The notes under the pieces are model-generated. The model worked only from the letters and a program-made list of their open reading frames with translations, did not search any database and was not told the DNA's origin. 51,828 nt of DNA from contig JAFDER010000007.1 of NCBI GenBank assembly GCA_019310245.1, forward strand, positions 1-51,828, written 5' to 3'. Below are positions 17,542 to 25,371 of this stretch, piece by piece. The stretch comes from Deltaproteobacteria bacterium (GTDB lineage Bacteria > Myxococcota_A > Polyangia > DRWM01). The first letter of the stretch is position 1; each line of letters opens with the position of its first letter. Both the position numbers and the translations under genes were made by a program.

Positions 17542-17906
17542 GGGAGGCGAGTGGTCCTGTAAGCCGGGTTCTGTCGAGTGCGATCATTCATCTGGGACGG
17601 ACGTTGCCGTCCGCCTCTTGCGACCTACCCGGGGACGTTGAGCGGGCCGCCCGGTCCCCTGCTTGGTCTTGCTCCGGACGGGGTTTGCCGTGCCCCCGAC
17701 GTCACCGCCGGGGCGGTGGGCTCTTACCCCACCGTTTCACCCTTGCTCCGATCCAGAGAATCGGGGCGGTTTATTTTCTGTGGCACTTTCCGCCGGTCAC
17801 CCGGCGTCCGCGTTACGGACCGTCCTGCCCTCTGGAGCCCGGACTTTCCTCCGATCCGCCCTCCGAGGAGGACCGACCGGCGATCGCACGGACCACTCAC
17901 ACTCCC
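17542..17906 (-). ncRNA. rnpB: RNase P RNA, bacterial type A
   Basis: The reverse complement contains GGAGGAAAGTCCGGGCTCCAGAGGGCAGG (CR-I), GCAAGGGTGAAACGGTGGGGTAAGAGCCCACCGCC and AGATGAATGATCGCACTCGACAGAACCCGGCTTACAGG (CR-IV/V). The P1 stem is GAGTGGTCC (5' end, about 17898-17890) paired with GGACCACTC (3' end, about 17557-17549). Ends are approximate. Confidence 0.9.
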
Positions 17907-17945
17907 GCGCGCGAGTCTACCACCGTGCCGCCGGGAGTCAATCTC

Positions 17946-18365
17946 TCAGGGCAGGCAGACCTTGCGGTTGTCGGCGCCTCCGCCCGTGGAGCGGCAGTGG
18001 AAGCTCCAGTGGGCGAACTCGGCGCAGAACTCGTCCCCGTCAACGATGTCCTCGCACGAGTAGAAGCAGTACATCTCCGGCGACGACTCGAGCGGCGAGC
18101 ACACCTGCACGTAGCCGTCCGCGCACTCGCCCTCCACGGAGCAGCACTCGTCGTCCGAGGTGCACAGGTGGGTGCAGTAGCCGCCCTCGACCCTGTCCTG
18201 GCAGACGATCTCCCCTGGCAGGTCGGCCGGGTCCACGCCCGGGTAGCAGTCCTCGGGCGTCTCGCACACGAACGGGTTGTCCTTCTCACGTTCGTTGCAC
18301 CCGCAGCCCCCGAGGGCGAGGGCGAGAGAGGCGACGAGGCAGGCGCTTCTCGTGATCTTCTTCAT
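17946..18365 (-). CDS. Small cysteine-rich lipoprotein (paralogue of 421..966)
   Basis: MKKITRSACLVASLALALGGCGC lipobox. Shares the GGYCTHLCTSDDECC motif with GGYCSAVCTSDMDCG of the other protein. Confidence 0.7.
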   Translation of the reverse strand: MKKITRSACLVASLALALGGCGCNEREKDNPFVCETPEDCYPGVDPADLPGEIVCQDRVEGGYCTHLCTSDDECCSVEGECADGYVQVCSPLESSPEMYCFYSCEDIVDGDEFCAEFAHWSFHCRSTGGGADNRKVCLP

Positions 18366-18441
18366 GATCCAAGGATACGGTCATCGCGCCGTCCGGACAA
18401 GTGCTATTGAAAATGGATCCCGCAGGGGGCATCGTCTCTGC

Positions 18442-19230
18442 ATGGGCAAGCAGGTCCACATCCGCGTCGCGGACGTGCACAAGAGCTACGGCGAGAACCA
18501 CGTGCTGCGCGGCGTCGACCTGCTGGTCTACGAGGGCCTCATCAACGTCGTCATCGGAGGCTCCGGCGCGGGCAAGACCGTGCTCATGCGGCAGGTGATC
18601 GGCCTCGAGAAGCCGGACTCGGGCCAGATCTTCATCGATGGCAAGGACATCGTGCCCCTCGGCGAGATGAAGATGGGGCCGGTGAGGCGCAAGTTCGGGA
18701 TGGTCTTCCAGCACGCGGCGCTCTTCGACTCCATGACCGTGTTCGACAACGTGGCCTTCCCCCTGCGCGAGCACACGCGGCTCGGCCGCGGAGAGATCGA
18801 AGCGCGGGTCCTGGACAAGCTCGCCATCCTCGGCCTCGAGGGCGCCGAGGACAGGTACCCGTCCGACATCTCCGGAGGCATGAGGAAGCGCGTGGGCGTG
18901 GCCAGGGCGCTCATCCTCGAGCCGATGATCCTGCTCTACGACGAGCCCACCACGGGCCTGGACCCGATCGCGGCGCGCAACGTCGACGAGCTCGTCCGCG
19001 AGACGGCCGACAAGTTCGACGTGACGAGCTTCGTCATCTCGCACGACATGACCACCACGTTCACCGTGGGCCACTACATCTCCCTGCTCCACGAGGGCAG
19101 GATCCGCATCACGGGCGTTCCGGAGGAGATCATCTCGAGCACGGATCCCGAGGTGATCCGGTTCCTGAGATCCTCCGGCGTCGACCCCAGGACGGTGCTC
19201 GAGGGCGCAGGTGCGCCGCGGGAGGCATGA
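18442..19230 (+). CDS. ABC transporter ATP-binding protein (MlaF/Ttg2A-like), no permease gene adjacent
   Basis: Walker A GGSGAGKT, Q-loop, signature ISGGMRKRVGVARAL, Walker B LLYDEPTTGLD, H-loop ISHD. Start taken at MGKQVHIRV. Confidence 0.85.
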   Translation: MGKQVHIRVADVHKSYGENHVLRGVDLLVYEGLINVVIGGSGAGKTVLMRQVIGLEKPDSGQIFIDGKDIVPLGEMKMGPVRRKFGMVFQHAALFDSMTVFDNVAFPLREHTRLGRGEIEARVLDKLAILGLEGAEDRYPSDISGGMRKRVGVARALILEPMILLYDEPTTGLDPIAARNVDELVRETADKFDVTSFVISHDMTTTFTVGHYISLLHEGRIRITGVPEEIISSTDPEVIRFLRSSGVDPRTVLEGAGAPREA

Positions 19231-19234
19231 GACC

Positions 19235-20509
19235 ATGAAGAGACGGATCACGCGCAGGAGGTTCATCGTGCGCGGCACGTGCGCCGCAGGAGGCCTGCTG
19301 GCCACGGCGTTCGTGCCGGGGTGCAGGGACAAGGGAGGCTGCGCCGAGGTGCTGCCCGAGCAGCCTCCACCGCAGCTGCCGCCGCCCGTCGAGTTCACCT
19401 ACGTCGAGGGCTCGACCGCCGCGTTCCCCTACCTCGAGGTCTCCGGCAACCCGCGCGAGGTGGGCAAGGCCATCGGCAAGCGTTTCGGCGGTCTCATCCG
19501 CAAGGGCCTCGACCGCCGCATGGAGTGGTTCAAGAAGATCCGGGACTACGCCACGGGCGAGGGGCTAAGCGCCTACGAGATCTTCGTCGACGCGGCGCGC
19601 AAGCACACGCCACGCGCGCTCGCCGAGCTCGAGGGCTGGGCCGAGGGCTCGGGCCTGCCGTTCGAGGACCTCATGGCCCTGAACCTCAAGAGCGAGATGT
19701 CCGAGCTCATCCACCAGAAGACGAAGGAGATGCCGCCGACCGACGAGCAGCAACCCGGCTGCTCCACCATCGTCCTGTCCACGCCCGACCGGCTCTACCA
19801 CCTGCACAACGAGGACGGCCACGACGCCTACGCCGACCTCATGTTCATGCTCAAGGTCAAGCCCGACGAGGGCGTGCCCTACCTGACCCTGTCCTACCCC
19901 GGCATCCTGCCCGGCAACGCGCCGGCACTCAACGCCAGCGGCCTGGTCCAGACCACGAACTTCATCAGCTCGCGCGAGGTGCGCCCCGGCGTGGGCCGCT
20001 ACTTCCTCGACCGGATGATCCTCGAGGCGAAGTCCATCGAAGAGGCCCTCAAGTGGGCCACGCACCCCGAGCGCGCCTTCGCCTTCCATCACGTCTTCTC
20101 CTCTCTTCCGGAGAGGAAGGCCGTGGCCGTGGAGGTCACGGCCACGAAGAAGGAGGTCAGGCCCATCAGCGGCCTGTACTTCCACACGAACCATCTCGTG
20201 TTCGAGACCATGAAGGACGAGGAGCAGGACGAGGAGTACGTCTCCACGTCGTCGACGAACCGCTACGAGGTGCTGGACGCCTGGCACCGGGCCCTCGAGG
20301 ACCCCGCCGCGCTGGGGCGCACGAGCCTGCTCGAGCCTCTCTCCTCCCACGAGCGCAAGCCCTGGAGCCCCTGCCGCCACCCCGAGGGCGACGTGCACGG
20401 CTACACCCTGGCCACGGCCGTGTTCGAGGCCCCCGCCGGGACCATGCGCGTCTCCAGGGGCCAGCCCTGCCTCGAGCGCTGGATGGAGTACGAGCAGCCG
20501 GCTTCCTAG
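19235..20509 (+). CDS. Tat-signal lipoprotein, peptidase C45 / acyl-CoA:6-APA acyltransferase-like Ntn hydrolase
   Basis: Twin-arginine ITRRRFIVRG plus lipobox VPGC. Putative autoprocessing/nucleophile site QQPGCSTIVL followed by LHNEDGHD, as in C45-family proteins. Starts 4 nt after the ABC ATPase stop. Confidence 0.6.
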   Translation: MKRRITRRRFIVRGTCAAGGLLATAFVPGCRDKGGCAEVLPEQPPPQLPPPVEFTYVEGSTAAFPYLEVSGNPREVGKAIGKRFGGLIRKGLDRRMEWFKKIRDYATGEGLSAYEIFVDAARKHTPRALAELEGWAEGSGLPFEDLMALNLKSEMSELIHQKTKEMPPTDEQQPGCSTIVLSTPDRLYHLHNEDGHDAYADLMFMLKVKPDEGVPYLTLSYPGILPGNAPALNASGLVQTTNFISSREVRPGVGRYFLDRMILEAKSIEEALKWATHPERAFAFHHVFSSLPERKAVAVEVTATKKEVRPISGLYFHTNHLVFETMKDEEQDEEYVSTSSTNRYEVLDAWHRALEDPAALGRTSLLEPLSSHERKPWSPCRHPEGDVHGYTLATAVFEAPAGTMRVSRGQPCLERWMEYEQPAS

Positions 20510-21758
20510 CGGCGCCCCATCAAGTCCTGAGCGGCGTGCAGCGCGTTGGCCATGCGCTCGGCGAGGTGGAGCGCGCCGGTGAATCCGAGGAAGGGCGTGT
20601 CCGTGAGCACGTGGTGCGAGGTCGACGGCACGCCCAGCTCGACCACGGCCATGCGAGGCCGGAAGATGGGCGTGTACTCGCCGCTGCACATCACGAGGTC
20701 GTCCGGCCCGGCGCCGGCCTCCCGGAGCAGGTGGTAGGGATCGCCGACCACGGGCTCGCACACCACCCGAGCATCGATCGCGACGTCGTCGAGATGCCCC
20801 TGCCTTCCCTTGACCACCGCGATCCTGACGCGCATCCCCAGGTCCGTGCACAGGCCGGCGAGGCCCTCGAGCATGTGCGGGTCGCAGACGAGGTGCGCGG
20901 ACCGGCCCAGGAAGTAGAAGGGGATCGTGCGCTCGAGCCTCTCCGCCGCGCGGCCGATCTCCTCGTCGATGAACGCCCGTGCGCGCTTCTCGCGGCCGAG
21001 GGCCCCGGCGACCGCCTCGATCCACTTCCTCGTCCCCTCGAGCCCGATCGGGACGCCCGTCTGGACGACCCGCGCCCCCGTCATGCCGGCCACGATGCGG
21101 GCGGCCTCGCGGCCATAGGGCAGGGAGATGATCGCGTCGGCGCGGCCGACCTCGTCGAGGTCCTTCCACGCGACGCCGCCGGGCCAGACCGACACGAGCG
21201 TGAGCCCGAGCGCCCCGAGCATCCGCCCGAGCTCGGCGAGGTTGCCCCGCTGGTCGCCCTCGCCACGGTCCATCATGTGGCCGACGATTGCCACGGCGTT
21301 GCGCTCCCGACGATCACCGAGCTCCTTGTTCCTCGCGACCGCGGCCAGGGTCTCGGCGTAGCCGTCGAGCCAGTCGCCGCCGTCCCGGCGACGATCCGGT
21401 CGTACTGCACGCCCGTGATCCCGCACAGGGGCATGGAGGTCAGGAGCACCGCCCCTGCCTGCTCGTGCGCTGCCCTCTCGATGGCCCCGGTCACCTCGGC
21501 CTCCCGGTTCCAGGAGACGTTCTGCGCGTTGGTGCCGGTGAACAGGATGCGGTGCCTCCCGTCGACCCTGTAGAGCGTGGAGGTCCAGTCGTGCCTGCCG
21601 TGTATGAACTGCCCCTTGAAGTGCGCGCAGTCGGGGCCGTCGACCACGAGCCAGACGTCGTCGATCGCGTTCACCGCGATGTAGACGCCCATGAGGTACG
21701 GTAGGTTGTGCCTCAGGCCGTGGGGGAACACGTCCGAGCTGTCAGTGCGTCCGGCCAT
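20506..21758 (-). pseudogene. Nitrogenase component-1-like subunit (NifK/NifN/BchB-like) with an apparent 1-nt frameshift near 21380-21392
   Basis: The N-terminal half lies in ORF 21273..21893 (MAGRTD...VVDGPDCAHFKG...LTSMPLCGITGVQYDRIV). The C-terminal half lies in ORF 20506..21426 (DGGDWLDGYAETLAAVARN...AIVGHMMD...). The span of 1253 nt is not a multiple of 3. The switch falls at a CCCGGCG/GCCGCC run. Confidence 0.6.
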
Positions 21759-23352
21759 GCGTTCCGTACTTCCTGTAGAAATCGGCCCGGCACGCACCCA
21801 CGAGCCGCTCGGCCGTGCGCACCGCGCCCTCGAGGCCCGGCTCGAAGAGCTGCAGGCAGAACGGCATCTTGCCCGCCGCCGTGATCCGCGCATCGCAGTA
21901 CAGGTCCGAGTAGATCGCCCCGCAGGGCAGATCCCGCATGAGCCGCTGCAGCGACTCCCTGTCGTCGAACCGGTGGATCTCCACGCCCGGACGATCGTCC
22001 GGCGCGGGTCCGTCCCCGTACACCATGAGGTCGATGCCGAATCCCATCTCGCACACCACGCCCAGCACCGGCACGCCCGCCATCTTCACGGGATCGCCCA
22101 GGGCCGCACACTCGTCCGCATCCACGACGAATCCGAGCCTCACGCCCGCCGCATCCTGCCTCAGGCGCCTGCGCTCCGCCGCGCACCGGCGCATCCGCCT
22201 CTTCCACGCCCTTCTCATCTCCGCCTCCCGGCCGACGGATCGCGCGATCGCCTCGAGCCACCTGCGCGTGTCCGCGACTCCGTGGGGCGTCGGCGGCTCG
22301 ATCGTCTCGAGGGGCAGGGGCCGGAACACGCTCTCGTAGAGCGCATCGCGGTACGGATCGGGCACGAGCACCTGGACTGCCGCCCTGCGCCAGTCCCTGG
22401 CCCTCTCGAGATCGATCCGGGGCACCAGCGCGCTCACGACGTCGATCCCCGCCTCGACGAGCAGTCCCTCGAGCTCCACGAGCGCCGGGCCCGGAGCGAT
22501 GCCCGCCAGTGCGACCGACGATCCGCGCCGCTTCCTCCTCTTGCCCGAGTCGATCGCCGCCGCGAGCAGCTCTGCGGTCAGGTCCCTGCCCGCCGGTGCG
22601 AACACGTCGTCGTAGATGATGTCGCCGCGACCGCTCCACCTGCGCACCGACTCCTGCATGTCGTCGCCGATGACGTGAGGCATGCACGTCGACCTGACCA
22701 CCACCACGTCCCCTTCGCACGTCCTGTCCGCCAGCGCGTCGAGCACGGCGTCGAGCTTGGCCGCGCCGCCCGTGATGATGTCCGCGTCGCGCATGTCGGT
22801 GGTGATGAAGCTCGGGATGGAGCGTTCCGGCGCCGGCGCGTTCGGCACGTGCGCGAGCGGCCGGATCCAGGGATAGCAGAACAGGGACATCGATCGCGCG
22901 TCGATCGCGGGCGTGGCGTACTGGCACTCCGACTCGCCGTGCGAGACGGTGACCACGCGCCTGCCCGTCACGCGCAGGGCGCTCGAGGCGTTCCTCTCGA
23001 ACTCGCGGCGGAAGACGAACCTGCGCCACGCGTCGGGTGCACCCCACTGCTCGACCGTGACGACCCCCCGGTCCACGATCTCTTCCGGATCGACCGCACC
23101 ACGCTCCTGATCCTCCTCCGGGACCTTCTGCGCGATCTCATCGAACGTCGCGTCACCGAGCCTCCCCGCGATCGACCGCAGGATCCGCTCCTGCTGGGCG
23201 GTGATCGTCGTGCCCTCGTACCTGAAGGACAGGTGCCTCGTCTCCAGCAGGCACGGGCCGCTGCCGGCCGGCGAGATGATGATGGTCAGCGGCGCGACGC
23301 CCTCGTACGTGACGTTCATGCGCACCGCGTCGCCGCGGCGCACGAGCGCCAT
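21742..23352 (-). CDS. Nitrogenase component-1-like subunit (NifD/NifE/BchN-like) with a long N-terminal extension
   Basis: VTVSHGESECQY occupies the HGxxGC-type position. RSTCMPHVIGDDM is the TCxxxxIGDD motif of the Oxidored_nitro family. Start taken at MALVRR, 17 nt after the NifH-like stop. The 3' end overlaps the next gene by 17 nt. Confidence 0.7.
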   Translation of the reverse strand: MALVRRGDAVRMNVTYEGVAPLTIIISPAGSGPCLLETRHLSFRYEGTTITAQQERILRSIAGRLGDATFDEIAQKVPEEDQERGAVDPEEIVDRGVVTVEQWGAPDAWRRFVFRREFERNASSALRVTGRRVVTVSHGESECQYATPAIDARSMSLFCYPWIRPLAHVPNAPAPERSIPSFITTDMRDADIITGGAAKLDAVLDALADRTCEGDVVVVRSTCMPHVIGDDMQESVRRWSGRGDIIYDDVFAPAGRDLTAELLAAAIDSGKRRKRRGSSVALAGIAPGPALVELEGLLVEAGIDVVSALVPRIDLERARDWRRAAVQVLVPDPYRDALYESVFRPLPLETIEPPTPHGVADTRRWLEAIARSVGREAEMRRAWKRRMRRCAAERRRLRQDAAGVRLGFVVDADECAALGDPVKMAGVPVLGVVCEMGFGIDLMVYGDGPAPDDRPGVEIHRFDDRESLQRLMRDLPCGAIYSDLYCDARITAAGKMPFCLQLFEPGLEGAVRTAERLVGACRADFYRKYGTHGRTH

Positions 23353-23369
23353 CTCGACAAGCCCGCCCG

Positions 23370-24203
23370 TCACCTCGAGAATTCCCGGCGCGACAGCTCG
23401 TAGAACGTCTTGTCGTCCATGGGCGTCGGAGGCTCGATCCTCGCGGGATCGATCCGGAGCACCTTGCGCGCGAGCTTGCCCAGGTTCTTCACCGTCTCGC
23501 AGTCCGGGGCGTGCTCGGCCAGCGTGAGTCTCCTGTACTCCGCCTTCCTGAACCGCGCGTCCCGCCTCAGCGTGGCCACCACCCTCGTCTTCAGCTTCCG
23601 GGCGAAGCGCCCGATCATCCTCTCGTCGGCCTTCGCGTCCTTGAGGTTCGCGACGAGCCCGCCCAGCACCACCCCGTTGGGGGCGCAGTTGACCACCGCG
23701 CGCGCGATGTTGTTGGCCGCGTACAGGCTCATGAGCTCGTCGGAGACCACGATGAAGACCTTCTCGCCGAAGCCCTTGCGGAGCGGCGTGGCGAAGCCTC
23801 CGCACACGATGTCGCCCAGCAGGTCGAACAGCACCGTGTCGTAGCCGTTTCGCTCGAGCAGCTCGCTCTCCGTGAAGAACTCGAGCATCCGCGCGATCCC
23901 GCGCCCCGCGCACCCCACGCCGGGTTCCGGCCCCCCCGCCTCGATGCAGTGGATCCCCGAGCGCGCCTCGAGGAGCACGTCCTCGAGCCTCACGTCGTTC
24001 GTCCTGATCAGCTGGTCGATGACCGTGGGGATGTCGGTCCGGCTCATGAGCAGCATCGTGGCGTCGCGCTTGGGGTCGCACCCCACGAACAGCACCTTCC
24101 TGCCCATCTGCGCGTAGATCGTGCTCAGGTTCGTCAGGATGGTGGATTTGCCGATGCCACCCTTGCCAAGGAACACGATCCTCTCGATCCGCTTCTTGCT
24201 CAT
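23370..24203 (-). CDS. NifH/BchL-family ATPase (nitrogenase iron-protein-like)
   Basis: GKGGIGKST (P-loop), VGCDPKRDAT (switch I), GGPEPGVGCAGRGI and DLLGDIVCGGFATPL (both 4Fe-4S Cys ligands retained). Start taken at MSKKRIERIVFL. Confidence 0.85.
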   Translation of the reverse strand: MSKKRIERIVFLGKGGIGKSTILTNLSTIYAQMGRKVLFVGCDPKRDATMLLMSRTDIPTVIDQLIRTNDVRLEDVLLEARSGIHCIEAGGPEPGVGCAGRGIARMLEFFTESELLERNGYDTVLFDLLGDIVCGGFATPLRKGFGEKVFIVVSDELMSLYAANNIARAVVNCAPNGVVLGGLVANLKDAKADERMIGRFARKLKTRVVATLRRDARFRKAEYRRLTLAEHAPDCETVKNLGKLARKVLRIDPARIEPPTPMDDKTFYELSRREFSR

Positions 24204-24222
24204 GGGTTCTGCCGTTGTATCA

Positions 24223-24228
24223 ATTATA
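24223..24228 (-). promoter_or_regulatory. Perfect TATAAT hexamer 19 nt upstream of the NifH-like ATG (candidate -10 box)
   Basis: The minus strand reads ...GACGGCC TATAAT TGATACAACGGCAGAACCC ATG. No convincing -35 and no SD. A consensus A/T hexamer is conspicuous in this G+C-rich DNA. Confidence 0.25.
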
Positions 24229-24319
24229 GGCCGTCGCGTGAAGCGCGGGTGCTTCCGGAGAATAATCCTAGCGAAACGGGGTTTGTAGCCGTCAGGAGGG
24301 CGGGCACCGCGGAAAAGGC

Positions 24320-25363
24320 ATGAAGAAGAGGCTCGCATTCCTCGCGCTCTCGCTCCTGGTCCACGCGGGCCTTCTCTCGGTGATCCTGCTCGTCGGGCCT
24401 CCGGTGATCGAGGGTGATCCCGGGCTGATCGTCCACTACGTCGAGACCGGGGCCCGGCCCGAGGCCGCGCCGCCGCCCACGGAGCCCTCACCGCCTGACA
24501 TGCCGGAGCCGCGCCCCGCGCGCCGGCAGGTGAGTCATTCTTCACCCGAGACCGTCATCGAGGTCGAGCCTCCTGCGGCGCCTCCAGCGCCGGCCCCGGC
24601 CGCCGGGAAGACGAAACCGCAGTTCAGGTCGAATCCCTTCAAGCTCTCCTACGAGGTGCTCTCGGAGACACTCGGGCCTCTCGAGGTGGAGCAGGGGCCG
24701 CTGGACGTGGACGGCATGCTCGGGGCCTACTTCGACGAGCTCGAGGCGTACAAGACCGTCAGGTACGGCACGTTCGACCCCGGGCTCCTGACGCTCCGCG
24801 ACGGCATGGAGGACTTCTGGCACCCCGACTTCGGGCAGATCCACGACAGCCCGCTCAAGGGCGCGGTGGGCAAGATGCTCGCGAGCTGGCAGAAGACGGC
24901 GCAGACCTACGGGCATACCGGCTCACCCGTCGAGGATCCGCCCACGAACCAGTTCTACGGAGACATGAAGCCGCAGGACCTGGGCATTCTTGACACGTAC
25001 GAGCAGCTGGAGAAGTCGGACGCGTTCACGACGCGTGCCAGGCTCGTCGTGCGCATCGACTTCGACGGCAAGGGAGGCTGGAAGGTCGAGAAGCTCTCGG
25101 GATCGGGGTACTCGGAGGTGGACCACGCCGCGATGGAGGCCGTGCACGAGGCCCTCGAGGCGCACGACGACCTCGTGCCGGGGTACGAGGCGAGGACCAG
25201 GTGGGCGCTCGAGGCGGACTTCACGGTCCTGCCGCCGCTGCCCGTCGCGGGTTTTACCTTCGACCTCGCGCTGGGCGTGTTCGAGACGGCCTATCCCCTC
25301 AAGAAGACGGTCAGGCGCAGGATCAAGCTCCTGGCCGTGGCCCTGCCACAGCCCGAGGCATAG
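24320..25363 (+). CDS. TonB-like membrane-anchored protein (tentative)
   Basis: N-terminal TM helix LAFLALSLLVHAGLLSVILLV. Pro-rich spacer (PEAAPPPTEPSPPDMPEPRP, EPPAAPPAPAPA). The C-terminal block VVRIDFDGKGGWKVEKLSGSGYSEVDHAAMEAVHEA resembles TonB_C. Confidence 0.5.
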   Translation: MKKRLAFLALSLLVHAGLLSVILLVGPPVIEGDPGLIVHYVETGARPEAAPPPTEPSPPDMPEPRPARRQVSHSSPETVIEVEPPAAPPAPAPAAGKTKPQFRSNPFKLSYEVLSETLGPLEVEQGPLDVDGMLGAYFDELEAYKTVRYGTFDPGLLTLRDGMEDFWHPDFGQIHDSPLKGAVGKMLASWQKTAQTYGHTGSPVEDPPTNQFYGDMKPQDLGILDTYEQLEKSDAFTTRARLVVRIDFDGKGGWKVEKLSGSGYSEVDHAAMEAVHEALEAHDDLVPGYEARTRWALEADFTVLPPLPVAGFTFDLALGVFETAYPLKKTVRRRIKLLAVALPQPEA

Positions 25364-25371
25364 AGCTTCCT

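Noticed and set aside
21370-21400. Programmed -1 ribosomal frameshift in the K-like gene.
   Set aside because: No canonical slippery heptamer or obvious stimulatory structure is present at the frame junction. An indel in a G/C run (assembly error or pseudogene) is the simpler explanation. Kept only as an open question in the findings.
19279-21573. Long plus-strand ORFs (764 aa here; also 21691..23403, 12850..14289, 28222..29487 and 25891..26694) crossing the nitrogenase-like, ParA and dehydratase genes.
   Set aside because: They are out-of-frame or antisense overlaps of motif-supported genes, their composition is Arg/Pro/Gly-dominated, and the 19279 ORF merely runs in an alternative frame of the C45 gene and then antisense into the next operon.
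20506-24203. Calling this locus a bona fide nitrogenase (nifHDK) or DPOR/COR.
   Set aside because: No nifB/E/N/V/X, bch/chl or related genes are in view. The D/K-like subunits are highly divergent with atypical lengths, and one is frameshifted. Only superfamily membership is supportable from the sequence.
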